Below are positions 8,706 through 18,512 of a stretch of DNA of 64,000 bases, one piece after another; the first letter of the stretch is position 1; every line of letters starts with the position of its first letter. Both the position numbers and the translations under genes were made by a program. The DNA is from an uncultured Acetatifactor sp. Its GTDB lineage: Bacteria > Bacillota > Clostridia > Lachnospirales > Lachnospiraceae. The stretch is taken from the NCBI GenBank assembly GCA_910585615.1, contig CAJUFO010000003.1:18380-82379 (forward strand), written 5' to 3'. Below the pieces are notes generated by a model. The model made no database searches. It had not been told where the DNA came from and saw nothing but the letters and a program-made list of their open reading frames with translations.

Positions 8706-9377
8706 ATGCTGAAGATACTGATAGCGGAGGACGAAGAGCCCATCGCCAACCTGATTAAAATGAACCTGCGCAGGGCGGGATATTCCTGTGTCTGGGCGCC
8801 GGACGGGGAGAAGGCCGCCGACCTGATGGACACCGAGAAGTTCGACCTGGTGCTGCTGGACGTGATGCTGCCGGGCATCAACGGCTATGAGCTCATGGAG
8901 TACGCCAGGAGCCTGGAGCTGCCCGTCATCTTCCTGACGGCCCTGGGAAGCACGGAGAACAAGGTGAAAGGGCTGAAGATGGGAGCCGACGACTACCTGA
9001 CCAAGCCCTTTGAAATCGTGGAGCTCCTGGCCAGGGTGGAGGCCGTGCTGCGCCGGTACCACAAGACGGAGACGCTCCTCACCGTATTCGACGTGGTGAT
9101 CGACACGGCCTCCCGGTCGGTGACCCAGAACGGGGAGCCCGTGATGCTGACCATGAAGGAGTTCGAGCTTTTGCTGCTGCTGGCCAGGAACCGCAACATA
9201 GCCCTGTACAGGGAGACCATCTACGAGAATATCTGGGGCGGCGAGTACATGGGTCAGAGCAGGACAGTGGATCTCCATATCCAGCGGCTGAAAAAGAAGC
9301 TGAACTGGGACAATGAGATTGCGGCTGTCTACAAGGTGGGATACCGGCTGGAGGGAGAGGAAAAAATTACGAAGTAG
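8706..9377 (+). CDS. OmpR-family response regulator
   Basis: LIAEDE, DLVLLDVMLPG, GADDYLTKPF, winged helix LTMKEFELL...RTVDLHIQRL. Confidence 0.95.
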   Translation: MLKILIAEDEEPIANLIKMNLRRAGYSCVWAPDGEKAADLMDTEKFDLVLLDVMLPGINGYELMEYARSLELPVIFLTALGSTENKVKGLKMGADDYLTKPFEIVELLARVEAVLRRYHKTETLLTVFDVVIDTASRSVTQNGEPVMLTMKEFELLLLLARNRNIALYRETIYENIWGGEYMGQSRTVDLHIQRLKKKLNWDNEIAAVYKVGYRLEGEEKITK

Positions 9378-9391
9378 GGGATTGGGGATAC

Positions 9392-10831
9392 ATGAGATTC
9401 GCAGATAAACTGTTTCTGGTCATGACTGCGCTTCTGACAGTGATGTTCGCGGTGTTCGGCACCTGGATGCTCTCCTCGGATTTCTCCCAGCTTCTGAACA
9501 AGGAAATCGAACAGGGCAATAACGACAGCCGCACCTTCCTCTTCCTCTTTGAGATGGGATACCAGTCCACGGAGGAATACGGGGAGGACTATGCCATCAG
9601 CAGGACGCTGAACAGCATCGCGGGCAGCGTGGAGCGGGACGGGCGGCACATGTTCGTGATACGGGAGGACGGCACGCGCTTTTATGGGGGCGAATATCTG
9701 GAGAACATGGGTTTCATGGAGGAGGTGGAGGGTCTGATAGCGAATCTGGAGACCTCGGACGACGCTGACGGCAGCATCCGCAACATGGGCATCCGGCAGA
9801 TTGAAGGCAGCTATTACATGTTTGCAATCACGAAGTCCGGCGTCTCTGATAACGATGTGTACCTGGGTATGTGCAGGGAGCTGACGGACACCTACAGCGC
9901 CAGGGGGAACCTCCTGTCCCGATACCGCATCGCGCTTCTGTGCCTGCTGTCCGCAGGCGGCGTCAGCATCTATTTACTGTCCCGCTATATTACGAGGCCG
10001 ATCCGCAGCCTGGGAAGGCTGGCCAGCAGGATTGCCGACGGGGACTACACCCTGCGCTCCCAGAACAAAAGCGGCGATGAGATCGGAGCACTGGCCCGGG
10101 ACTTCAACCGCATGGCCGACCGCCTGGTGGAGGAGATGCAGGTGAAGATACTGGAGGCCAAGCAGAAGGAGGATTTCACCGCCGCCTTTGCCCATGAATT
10201 GAAGACGCCGTTGACTTCTATTATAGGCTACGCGGACATGCTCAACTCCCTGAAGCTCTCGGAGGAGGAGTGCCACGACGCCTATTTCTACATCTACAGC
10301 CAGGGCAAGCGCCTGGAGAGCCTGTCCCACAAGCTGCTGGAGCTGGTGAGCATGGACAAGAATCCCCTTACCTTCCGTCCCATCCCCACCAAGGAGCTGG
10401 AGCAGAACCTGAGGATCACAATGCGGCCAATCTGGAAGCAGCGGGGCGTCCGGGGAAAGGTGGAGCTGGAAAAGGCTGTCATCCAGGGGGACACGGAGCT
10501 GCTCCTGTCCCTTCTGTACAATCTGATGGACAATGCGGTGAAGGCGCTGGACAAGGGGGAGCAGAGCTTCATGCTCATGAAGGGTACCTGCCTGAAGGGC
10601 TTTTACGAGATCAAGGTGGTGGACAACGGCAGGGGTATCCCGGCGGAGGAGATCAGCCGCATCACGGAAGCCTTTTACATGGTGGACAAGTCCCGTTCCA
10701 GGAAGGAGGGCGGCGCCGGCATCGGGATGGCCCTATGCCAGAAAATCATCCAGCTCCACAACGGGACGATGGTGGTGGACAGCAGGCTGGGGGAGGGGAC
10801 AGTCATCAAGGTGACTTTTCCAAGAAGATAA
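9392..10831 (+). CDS. Sensor histidine kinase (2 TM, HAMP)
   Basis: HAMP domain DEIGALARDFN, H-box AHELKTPLT, NLMDNAVK, DNGRGI and GIGMAL. Confidence 0.95.
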   Translation: MRFADKLFLVMTALLTVMFAVFGTWMLSSDFSQLLNKEIEQGNNDSRTFLFLFEMGYQSTEEYGEDYAISRTLNSIAGSVERDGRHMFVIREDGTRFYGGEYLENMGFMEEVEGLIANLETSDDADGSIRNMGIRQIEGSYYMFAITKSGVSDNDVYLGMCRELTDTYSARGNLLSRYRIALLCLLSAGGVSIYLLSRYITRPIRSLGRLASRIADGDYTLRSQNKSGDEIGALARDFNRMADRLVEEMQVKILEAKQKEDFTAAFAHELKTPLTSIIGYADMLNSLKLSEEECHDAYFYIYSQGKRLESLSHKLLELVSMDKNPLTFRPIPTKELEQNLRITMRPIWKQRGVRGKVELEKAVIQGDTELLLSLLYNLMDNAVKALDKGEQSFMLMKGTCLKGFYEIKVVDNGRGIPAEEISRITEAFYMVDKSRSRKEGGAGIGMALCQKIIQLHNGTMVVDSRLGEGTVIKVTFPRR

Positions 10832-10858
10832 GTTTCGGGAAGGGGGAACCATACGGAC

Positions 10859-11935
10859 ATGGCAGACAGGAGGAAACCGTTCCAAAAGAGGAGGGGTCTG
10901 AACCGGAGGAGACAGGTCCGGTATTACGCGGCCATTTTTTCAGTGCTCGCGCTGCTCATAGCGGCGGCTTTCTTCGCGCCCCAGATCCTCTTCCAGGTGC
11001 AGGACGCCATCCTGTGCAGGGATACCGTCCTGACGCAGCAGGAAAGCCTGAACGTGGATACCCTCAGCACCACCTACGAGAAGTCCCTGGAGAAGCGGAT
11101 GCAGAACTTCGCGGAGGGGCTGGGGGAGGGCGACACCTTCTATACCACATCCCAGAGCCTGGCCCTGACCAGTGAGGTGAGGGAATACGTCTACTCGGAC
11201 AGAGGGCTGTTCAGCAACGTGGTGAACGAATTCGCCGAGAACGGCCTGCTGCCCTGGTATATCTGGGAAGGGGATTACACCATACTTCGGTGGAAGCAGT
11301 ACGTCATCTACAGCGACGACTTCGCCAAGGGCGTGAACTTCATCCTCTGGTACGTGGAGATGCAAGACCCAAACGGGGTCATAGTCAAGCTCCTGGCAGA
11401 CGCGGAGGATGGCACGATATATGCCATCAGGACCGAGTCGAACCGCTACGACGATTCGACAGAGAGTGCGGATGTATCAATAGAGGGGAGGAACTATATC
11501 GATGAAATCTACTGGAGCGACCGCGGCCCCACACAGATATGGGGCACTCTCGCTTACTGCTACGAGTGCCTGGATGATTCTGAGATAAAGGATTTCCATA
11601 TCATGGTTGATGAATATGGATGGACAGGCAATAGCATGAACAGCGCCGCCAATGGGGAGAGCTATGGGTACGACGCGGATAAGCCGGCGGCAAGGGAGGC
11701 AATGGACAAAGAGATGCTGGCCTTCCATGAGGAATGGGGAGCGCTCCAGGAGAAGGTCCGATACTACAGGGACGGCAACGATGCCATGGGCTTCCAGCTG
11801 ACCTATGGGGAGGCCAGGCTGGACGTGCTGCTGACGATTCCGCCGATGGACGACAAATCGGTATATGTGTACGGCTATCCGGACATCAGGATAGGGATAC
11901 GCCAGATTTATGAAATGATCCCGGAATTCTCATAA
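10859..11935 (+). CDS. Membrane-anchored hypothetical protein, co-oriented with the two-component system
   Basis: 358 aa ORF with host-like codon usage: basic N-terminus, one TM segment, acidic extracellular remainder. Confidence 0.7.
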   Translation: MADRRKPFQKRRGLNRRRQVRYYAAIFSVLALLIAAAFFAPQILFQVQDAILCRDTVLTQQESLNVDTLSTTYEKSLEKRMQNFAEGLGEGDTFYTTSQSLALTSEVREYVYSDRGLFSNVVNEFAENGLLPWYIWEGDYTILRWKQYVIYSDDFAKGVNFILWYVEMQDPNGVIVKLLADAEDGTIYAIRTESNRYDDSTESADVSIEGRNYIDEIYWSDRGPTQIWGTLAYCYECLDDSEIKDFHIMVDEYGWTGNSMNSAANGESYGYDADKPAAREAMDKEMLAFHEEWGALQEKVRYYRDGNDAMGFQLTYGEARLDVLLTIPPMDDKSVYVYGYPDIRIGIRQIYEMIPEFS

Positions 11936-11978
11936 ATGTTTCCTTGTACTAATATATTTAGAAAAACAGTATGGTCAT

Positions 11979-13538
11979 ATGAGGTTTTTCGTGGATATAA
12001 GGTACAGGATTCTTTGCGGGATTCTTGCGGAGGATATTTTCCTGGGGGCAAGCGGCTTCGGAGCCGTGGACGATTTCATCGCATGGCTGGACGACCTGGT
12101 GTGGGGGCCCTGGATGCTGGCCCTGCTTTTGGGATGCGGCTGCTATCTGATGGTCCGGATGGACTTCTTCCCGGTCAAAAACCTGAGGTTCGCTTTGAAG
12201 TGCGCTCTGGGGATGGAGGAGGCGGAAGGCGTCCCGGGAAAGAGGGGCAGGGCGGCGGGCGGGGAAGAGCGGCGCGGAAGGGGGCGTTCCGGTGCAGCCG
12301 GAGCCACAGGGAAGATTTCTTCCCTGTCCTCCCTGACTACGGAGCTGGCCACCACCTTAGGGATAGGGAATATCGTGGGGGTGGCCTCGGCCATGGTGCT
12401 GGGCGGGCCCGGGGCGCTGTTCTGGATGGTGGCCACCAGCGTCATAGGGCTGGCCACAAAGCTGGCGGAGAGCATGCTGGCCGTAAAATACAGGGGCAGG
12501 AACGACAGAGGGGAGATCGCGGGGGGCCCCATGTACACCTGCCGGAACGCTTTCCCGCATAAGAGGCTTGGCAGGATGCTGGGCTTCCTCTTCGCCCTGT
12601 TCGCGGTGACGGCCTCCATCGGCATGGGGAACATGACCCAGTCCAATTCCATCGCGGATGCCCTGTGGGTGGCCTTTTCCATACCAAAGGCAAAGACGGG
12701 GCTGTACCTGACGGTGCTCACTGTGCTGGTGGTGATAGGCGGCATCGGCGTCATCGGGAAGGTGACCCAGGTGCTGGTGCCCTTCATGGGGGTCTTCTAC
12801 CTCTGCGGGGCCTTTGCCGTGATACTGGTGCACTGGCGCAATGTCCCGGTGGCGGTGGGAGGGATCCTGACGGCGGCTTTCTGCCCCCAGGCAGTGTCCG
12901 GCGGCATCTTCGGCAGCGTCACGGCCACCATGTTCCAGTCCCTGCGCTGGGGCGTCTCCCGGGGCATCTTCTCCAACGAGGCGGGGCTGGGGGCCTCCGG
13001 CATCACGGCCGCGGCGGCGGACACGGAGGATTACATAAAGCAGGGCTGCATCAGCATGACGGGGGTGTTCCTGGACACGGTGGTTGTCTGTACCATCACG
13101 GGGCTTGCCTTCGCGGCCTCCGGCGTGCTGGGGACCGTGGATGCGAACGGGAAGCCCCTGACCGGCACGGCGCTGACCCTGGCGGCCTTCCGCACCGCTC
13201 TGGGGGACTGGGGCGGGAGCTTCGTCAGCGTCTGCATCGCCCTGTTCGCCTTCGCCACAGTGATTGGCTGGGCCTATCAGGGGGAGAAGGCCTTCGAATT
13301 CCTTATGGGGGGCCGGACGAAGTACAATCTGTGGTACAGGTTCTTCTATGGGCTGGCGGCTTTTCTGGGCTGCATCTGCTCCCTGGAGACCGTGTGGAAT
13401 TTCTCGGATATCTGCAATGCCCTGATGGCAGTGCCGAACCTGATCTGCGTGCTGGCGCTGTCGGGGAAGGCCTGTAAGGAGATACGGGAGTATCCGGTGC
13501 CGGGGGAGAGGCGGGCCAGGGGTTCCCGAAATCCATAG
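11979..13538 (+). CDS. Alanine/glycine:cation symporter (AGCS/AlsT family)
   Basis: LGIGNIVGVA...GGPGALFWM, GGPM, RGIFSNEAGLG and FAFATVIGW motifs. Start codon uncertain. Confidence 0.9.
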   Translation: MRFFVDIRYRILCGILAEDIFLGASGFGAVDDFIAWLDDLVWGPWMLALLLGCGCYLMVRMDFFPVKNLRFALKCALGMEEAEGVPGKRGRAAGGEERRGRGRSGAAGATGKISSLSSLTTELATTLGIGNIVGVASAMVLGGPGALFWMVATSVIGLATKLAESMLAVKYRGRNDRGEIAGGPMYTCRNAFPHKRLGRMLGFLFALFAVTASIGMGNMTQSNSIADALWVAFSIPKAKTGLYLTVLTVLVVIGGIGVIGKVTQVLVPFMGVFYLCGAFAVILVHWRNVPVAVGGILTAAFCPQAVSGGIFGSVTATMFQSLRWGVSRGIFSNEAGLGASGITAAAADTEDYIKQGCISMTGVFLDTVVVCTITGLAFAASGVLGTVDANGKPLTGTALTLAAFRTALGDWGGSFVSVCIALFAFATVIGWAYQGEKAFEFLMGGRTKYNLWYRFFYGLAAFLGCICSLETVWNFSDICNALMAVPNLICVLALSGKACKEIREYPVPGERRARGSRNP

Positions 13539-13570
13539 GAAAGCATAGGAAAATGGATTTACGGCTGACT

Positions 13571-13603
13571 GGCGGCAGAATCACGAAAAGGCAATCTGCC
13601 GTT
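13571..13603 (-). terminator. Hairpin between the AGCS gene and a small minus-strand ORF
   Basis: GGCGGCAGA...TCTGCCGTT stem. Confidence 0.45.
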
Positions 13604-13612
13604 GTTTAAATC

Positions 13613-13663
13613 TTACATCATACATCGGTGAGGCGCTGTGAAGGTGTAGGTTTCTCTGTCCAT
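13613..13663 (-). CDS. Putative 16-aa peptide MDRETYTFTAPHRCMM
   Basis: AAGGAG RBS 9 nt upstream and a hairpin downstream; not in the ORF track. Confidence 0.3.
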   Translation of the reverse strand: MDRETYTFTAPHRCMM

Positions 13664-13679
13664 GCAGCAGCACTCCTTG

Positions 13680-13726
13680 TATAAGACTGTTGTAGTCCCT
13701 GATAACCAGACTACTACAGTCTTATA
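13680..13726. promoter_or_regulatory. 18-bp inverted repeat, operator-like
   Basis: TATAAGACTGTTGTAGTC-11 nt-GACTACTACAGTCTTATA, one mismatch. Confidence 0.55.
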
Positions 13727-13895
13727 TTAATATCATAGACAAAAAAGAATTGTGGTTGATTCAGATTCATGGTATGATGGGACCAGACAGCGCAGAAGGG
13801 CATGGATTCCCGGAAATATATGATCCTGAGGCGACGTATGGATTCATGGCGATGCGCGAGCCCGCAGAAATGCAGAAAAGAGAGGTCAACAGAAC

Positions 13896-15137
13896 ATGTC
13901 AAAGACAATCGATTATTTTTTGCAGTACGTAAAGATCGACACCCAGTCCGACGAGACCACCGGAACATCGCCCAGCACGGCGAAGCAGCATGACCTGGCG
14001 AAGCTCCTGGCCGAGCAGCTTAAGGACATAGGAGCCACGGAGATCACCTACGACAGGGAGCATTGCTATGTATACGCCACCGTCCCCGCGTCAGAGAGCT
14101 GCGAGGACGCGCCGGTGCTGGGGCTGATCGCCCATATGGATACCTCTCCCGCAGTGTCCAACGAGAATACGAAGCCCCGAATCGTGGAGAACTATGACGG
14201 CGGGGACATCGTCCTGAACCAGGCGGAGAACATCGTGTTCAAACGGGCTGATTTTCCGGAGATGGCAGAGTATGTGGGCCATGATTTGATCGTGACGGAC
14301 GGCACCACGCTCCTGGGCGGGGACGACAAGTGCGGCATCGCTGAGATCATGGCGGCCAGCGAATACCTGCTGCAGCACCCGGAGATAAAGCACGGGAAGC
14401 TGCGCATCGGCTTCACGCCGGACGAGGAGATCGGAGAGGGCACGAAGCATTTCGATGTGGAGCTGTTCGGCGCGGATTTCGCCTACACCGTGGACGGCGG
14501 CGGGTTCGGCGGCCTGCAGGCGGAGACTTTCAACGCGGCGGGGGCGAAGCTCACCGTGAACGGCCGCAGCGTCCATCCCGGCGGCGCAAAGGGCAGGATG
14601 GTCAACTCCATGCTGGTGGCCTTTGAGTTCCAGAGCCTCCTTCCGGTGTTCGACAATCCCATGTACACCGAAGGGCGGGAGGGCTTCTTCCATCTGGACA
14701 ATATCCATGGCACCGTGGACAGGACAGTGTCGGATTACATCATCCGCGACCATGACCGGAAGCTGTTCGAGCACCGGAAAGAGGTCTTTAGACAGTGCGC
14801 GGACTTCCTGAATCAGAAGTATGGGGAGGGGACCGTGGAAGTGGAGATGAAGGACAGCTATTACAATATGTGGGAAATGCTGGAGCCCCATATGCATCTC
14901 ATAGACAATGCCTCTGAAGCCATCCGGGAGCTGGGCGGAGAGCCCGTGGTGAGCCCTATCCGGGGCGGCACGGACGGCGCCAGGCTGTCCTTCCAGGGCC
15001 TTCCCTGCCCCAACCTCTGCAATGGCGCGGGCAATGGCCACAGCCGCTTCGAGTTCGCCAGCGTGCAGTATATGGAGAAGGTGACGGAGCTGCTTTTGAA
15101 GCTGGCGGAGAAATATGCCGCATTCCGGCAAATGTGA
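13896..15137 (+). CDS. pepT: Peptidase T (M20B tripeptidase)
   Basis: AHMDTSP, TDGTTLLGGDDK, FTPDEEIG, AYTVDGG, VHPG.AK and IRGGTDG motifs. Confidence 0.95.
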   Translation: MSKTIDYFLQYVKIDTQSDETTGTSPSTAKQHDLAKLLAEQLKDIGATEITYDREHCYVYATVPASESCEDAPVLGLIAHMDTSPAVSNENTKPRIVENYDGGDIVLNQAENIVFKRADFPEMAEYVGHDLIVTDGTTLLGGDDKCGIAEIMAASEYLLQHPEIKHGKLRIGFTPDEEIGEGTKHFDVELFGADFAYTVDGGGFGGLQAETFNAAGAKLTVNGRSVHPGGAKGRMVNSMLVAFEFQSLLPVFDNPMYTEGREGFFHLDNIHGTVDRTVSDYIIRDHDRKLFEHRKEVFRQCADFLNQKYGEGTVEVEMKDSYYNMWEMLEPHMHLIDNASEAIRELGGEPVVSPIRGGTDGARLSFQGLPCPNLCNGAGNGHSRFEFASVQYMEKVTELLLKLAEKYAAFRQM

Positions 15138-15194
15138 CAGCGGTAAGAAATTCTTGGAGCCCCTGGCCTGGGAGGACCGGTGCGGTAAGTGTAG

Positions 15195-15242
15195 AATGGC
15201 ATACGCGCGGCGGGAAACCTGTCCCTGCACGTATGCCGTTTT
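15195..15242 (+). terminator. Probable intrinsic terminator after pepT
   Basis: ATGGCATACG...CGTATGCCGT stem followed by a T-run. Confidence 0.5.
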
Positions 15243-15377
15243 GCCTGCCGGTGTACTCAAATATATACTTGAAATATTGAATACTTTATCAGACAAATAG
15301 GATTAGAATCGGCATCTGGCTGACAGCACATTTCGTATTGAAAAACAGATAGGATTAAAGTATAATGACAAAAGATT

Positions 15378-15773
15378 TTGCATGGAATCCCGGCAAGGGA
15401 GATTGAGAGCTGGGCAGTGCAGGGAGGGCATTCCGGGACGGACGGTATGGCGCTGGCCAGGAAGCTGCGGCAGATGGGAGATTCCGTCAGCATCATCTTC
15501 GTGACAGGCAATCCGGATTTCGCGCTGGAGGGATACGACCTGGAGGCCGTGTCCTATATCGTGAAGCCTGTGAAAAGGCAGAGACTGTGGGCTGCGCTGG
15601 ACAGGGCCAGGGAGCGCATCGTCCACAGGGCGGCAATCATCGTGGGACGGATAGGGGAGCGGGGCAGTCATGAGGAGCTTCTGGCAAGGCAGGGGCAGTA
15701 CGCCGGGATGTGGCATGCCCAGGCAAAGTATTATGTGGAGCAGGAGCCCGGGGTTCCCGTAAATTCATTCTGA
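15378..15773 (+). pseudogene. Chimeric remnant: LytTR-type receiver fragment joined to an ABC-transporter C-terminal tail
   Basis: GTDGMALARKLR...IIFVTG..DFALEGYDLEAVSYIVKP (receiver lacking its N-terminal acidic residues), followed by GRIGERGSHEELLARQGQYAGMWHAQAKYY. Confidence 0.65.
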
Positions 15774-15843
15774 AGAAGGAGCCGGACTTCCTCCTGCGTA
15801 TTGGCCGCGCAGGAGGAAGCCCGGCTTCTCTGGCATATAGGGC

Positions 15844-15896
15844 TTGACAAAAGGATGACACAGTGTTATATTTTAATAGTCAACATTATGTCATAC
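15844..15896 (+). promoter_or_regulatory. Promoter with two palindromic operator-like sites
   Basis: TTGACA-17 nt-TATATT with extended TG; overlapping ATGACA-cag-TGTTAT and downstream CAACA-tta-TGTCAT. Confidence 0.6.
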
Positions 15897-15913
15897 ATAA
15901 AGGAGGGCAAAAT

Positions 15914-16297
15914 ATGGCGCAACAGATATCCGATGCCGAGCTTGAAATCATGAAAATCGTGTGGGCAAACCCCGAGGAGGTGACTCTGTTCTCCTATATC
16001 ATGGAGGGGCTGGCGGCCAGGGGCAAGCACTGTCAGAAGAACACACTGATCGTGCTGCTGTCGAGGCTGATGAACAAGGGCTTTCTCGGCGCCAGGAAAA
16101 TCGGACGCCGCAACGAATATACCGCGCTTGTCTCCGAGGCGGAGTACCAGACGGCGCAGACGAAGAACTTCCTGGATAAAATCTATGAGGGGAGCGCCAA
16201 AGGCCTGGTCTCCAACCTGATTTTGGGCGACCTGCTAGCAGAGGAGGAATACGAAGAACTGAAAAGGCTGCTGGAGGAAGGGAGAGGACGATCATGA
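15914..16297 (+). CDS. BlaI/MecI/CopY family repressor
   Basis: ISDAELEIMKIVW...LLSRLMNKGFL...Y.ALVS....F....Y.GSAKGLV; GGAGG RBS. Confidence 0.9.
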   Translation: MAQQISDAELEIMKIVWANPEEVTLFSYIMEGLAARGKHCQKNTLIVLLSRLMNKGFLGARKIGRRNEYTALVSEAEYQTAQTKNFLDKIYEGSAKGLVSNLILGDLLAEEEYEELKRLLEEGRGRS

Positions 16298-18441
16298 ACC
16301 AGATTTTGAAACTCTTCCTGTCCATGTCTTTTTCCGGCAGTCTGCTCATATTGTTCCTGCTTTTGGGAAAAAGATTCCTGAAAGACAAAATCAATCGACA
16401 GTGGCAGTATTACATCTGGGCCGTTGTGGTTTTGCGGCTGCTGCTCCCTTTCGGGCCGGAGGCAAGCCTGCTGGGAAGAACCTATCAGGCTGTGGACCGT
16501 GCCGTCGCCCGGACCGTCCCGCTGCGGCAACAGTCCCTGCCGGATGCTCCGGAAAGCGTTCCGGCCCCTGCCGCGGGGAGAGGAACGGATAATGTGCATG
16601 GGGACAGCCCGGCAGGCGATTTTGCAGCGTTCCACCCGTTTCAGGACATTGGGACGCTGCTGATGGACCACATCTGGCTGGTCTGGCTGATGGCCGCGCT
16701 GGGGCTGATGATACGAAAGGCGACCATCTACCAGGGCTTTATACGGTATATCAAAGCCGGTTCCGTCCCTGTTTCTGATATGGAAATGCTGGACCGGCTT
16801 TCCATGGCGGCGGAGCAGGCATCCGTAAAAAGGCCCATTGATTTATGGGTCAATCCACTGGTCTCTTCTCCGTTGCTGATCGGTTTTTTCCGTCCATGTA
16901 TCGTACTGCCAGGTACAGATGTTTCTGAAAAGAATTTTCAGTACATCCTCATGCATGAGCTGACGCACTATAGGCGGCGGGATATGTTCTACAAATGGCT
17001 GGTGCAGTTTACGGTCTGTCTGCACTGGTTCAACCCGCTTGTCCATCTGATGGGCCGGGAGATTACAAGAGCGTGCGAATTTTCCTGCGATGAAGCTGTC
17101 CTGGCCAGAATGGGATACGAAAACGCACAGGATTATGGGCAGACCCTGCTGGACGCCATGGCGGCGGTCTGGAGATACCGGGAAAACCCGGGAGCCGTCA
17201 CGTTAAGCGAAAACAAACGGCTGTTGAAAGAGAGGTTGAGCGCTATCGTGAATTTCAGGGAGAAGTCAAAGGCGATGCGGTTTCTGACGGGGGCGCTGAC
17301 GCTGTTGGTGATATCCGGGGCGGCTTTCATCGGCGTTTATCCCGTTGTCCAGGCAGGCAGTCCCGAGGGCGGCAATCCGGCGGCATATGATTCACAGGCA
17401 GTCAGTCCCCGGGCGGAAAAGGGCGGGCAGGGGGACATGGATGGGGTCGGCATCCAGTATTCTCAGATGGCGGAGAAGGGCTATGAAGCGTACAGCCTGC
17501 CGTTGTTTCAATTGGCGTTCTGCAGGCTGGACGAGGCGGAACAGGGCGAGTGGCTGGACAGGATTTACGCGGATGGGGAGATCGCGTTCATGGGGGCCGC
17601 TGTCGCTGTGGCGGAGGAGGACTGCGCCGCAATCCGGAATTTGGCAGAGCGGATATATGAGGATGGGGAGATTGCTTTTTTCTCCGTGCTGGCACCGCAC
17701 ATGAGCGAGGAGACATTGCTGGCCTGGCTGGACAGGGCCCTGGAGGACGGGGACATATCTTTCCAGTCCGTCCTGTTTGATGCCCTGGATCGGGACGAGG
17801 AATATGACGAGCTGAAGGAAGCGCAGGAGGAAGCATGGGACGAAGCGCAGGCGGCGGAATACCGGGCGGCAGGCGTTACAATGGACGGAAAGGATTATTA
17901 CTACCGGGAGCAGCTTGTGGACATCTTTTTGGATATGCGCCCCGGCAAAGCCTTTTACACGCTGAGTATGAATCCGGAGGGAACCGTCAATATCAGGATC
18001 CTGCGCAATGATGAGAATGAAATCACAGGCGTTGCCTATATGACGGAGGCGGAAGTGGCGGAGCTGCTGGGAGAGAGCGGGGAGGATTCGGACGATGAAG
18101 CCGATGCGGAAACCATCCCTGTGGATTTGGATACCATAGCGGCCGGGGAGTCTGTCTGCCTGGGGGAATACACGCTGGCCTTTGGGGACCGGATCAGGTA
18201 TGATATTTTAGCGGAGACAGGAACGGGAATGACAGTCTTCTTCGACAGGGGCGAGAAGAACACGGTATACTGGGCCGCGCACAATCTGCGGCAGGAGGAT
18301 GAACCGCTGAAATGTAGCGCGGAGTTTACCGTTGAGCCTCCGATAAAGCCCGGAACTTTTAAACTGTACATCCAGGCCACGTACGACACGCTGGAGGAGG
18401 TGAAAGGCAGTATTTCCATTGTGCCGGCAGACGCGTCCTGA
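16294..18441 (+). CDS. BlaR1-like M56 metallopeptidase with an uncharacterised C-terminal region
   Basis: N-terminal TM segments, SPLLIGFFRP, HELTHYRRRD zinc motif, HWFNPL and CEFSCDE. Confidence 0.9.
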   Translation: MNQILKLFLSMSFSGSLLILFLLLGKRFLKDKINRQWQYYIWAVVVLRLLLPFGPEASLLGRTYQAVDRAVARTVPLRQQSLPDAPESVPAPAAGRGTDNVHGDSPAGDFAAFHPFQDIGTLLMDHIWLVWLMAALGLMIRKATIYQGFIRYIKAGSVPVSDMEMLDRLSMAAEQASVKRPIDLWVNPLVSSPLLIGFFRPCIVLPGTDVSEKNFQYILMHELTHYRRRDMFYKWLVQFTVCLHWFNPLVHLMGREITRACEFSCDEAVLARMGYENAQDYGQTLLDAMAAVWRYRENPGAVTLSENKRLLKERLSAIVNFREKSKAMRFLTGALTLLVISGAAFIGVYPVVQAGSPEGGNPAAYDSQAVSPRAEKGGQGDMDGVGIQYSQMAEKGYEAYSLPLFQLAFCRLDEAEQGEWLDRIYADGEIAFMGAAVAVAEEDCAAIRNLAERIYEDGEIAFFSVLAPHMSEETLLAWLDRALEDGDISFQSVLFDALDRDEEYDELKEAQEEAWDEAQAAEYRAAGVTMDGKDYYYREQLVDIFLDMRPGKAFYTLSMNPEGTVNIRILRNDENEITGVAYMTEAEVAELLGESGEDSDDEADAETIPVDLDTIAAGESVCLGEYTLAFGDRIRYDILAETGTGMTVFFDRGEKNTVYWAAHNLRQEDEPLKCSAEFTVEPPIKPGTFKLYIQATYDTLEEVKGSISIVPADAS

Positions 18442-18478
18442 GTTATATGTAAGACTATCTGTAATAGCCGTCATAAAA

Positions 18479-18512
18479 GAAGCCGCCCAGTGGGATTTCC
18501 CGGGGCGGCTTC
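18479..18512 (+). terminator. Intrinsic terminator-like hairpin
   Basis: GAAGCCGCCC...GGGCGGCTTC stem. Confidence 0.55.
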
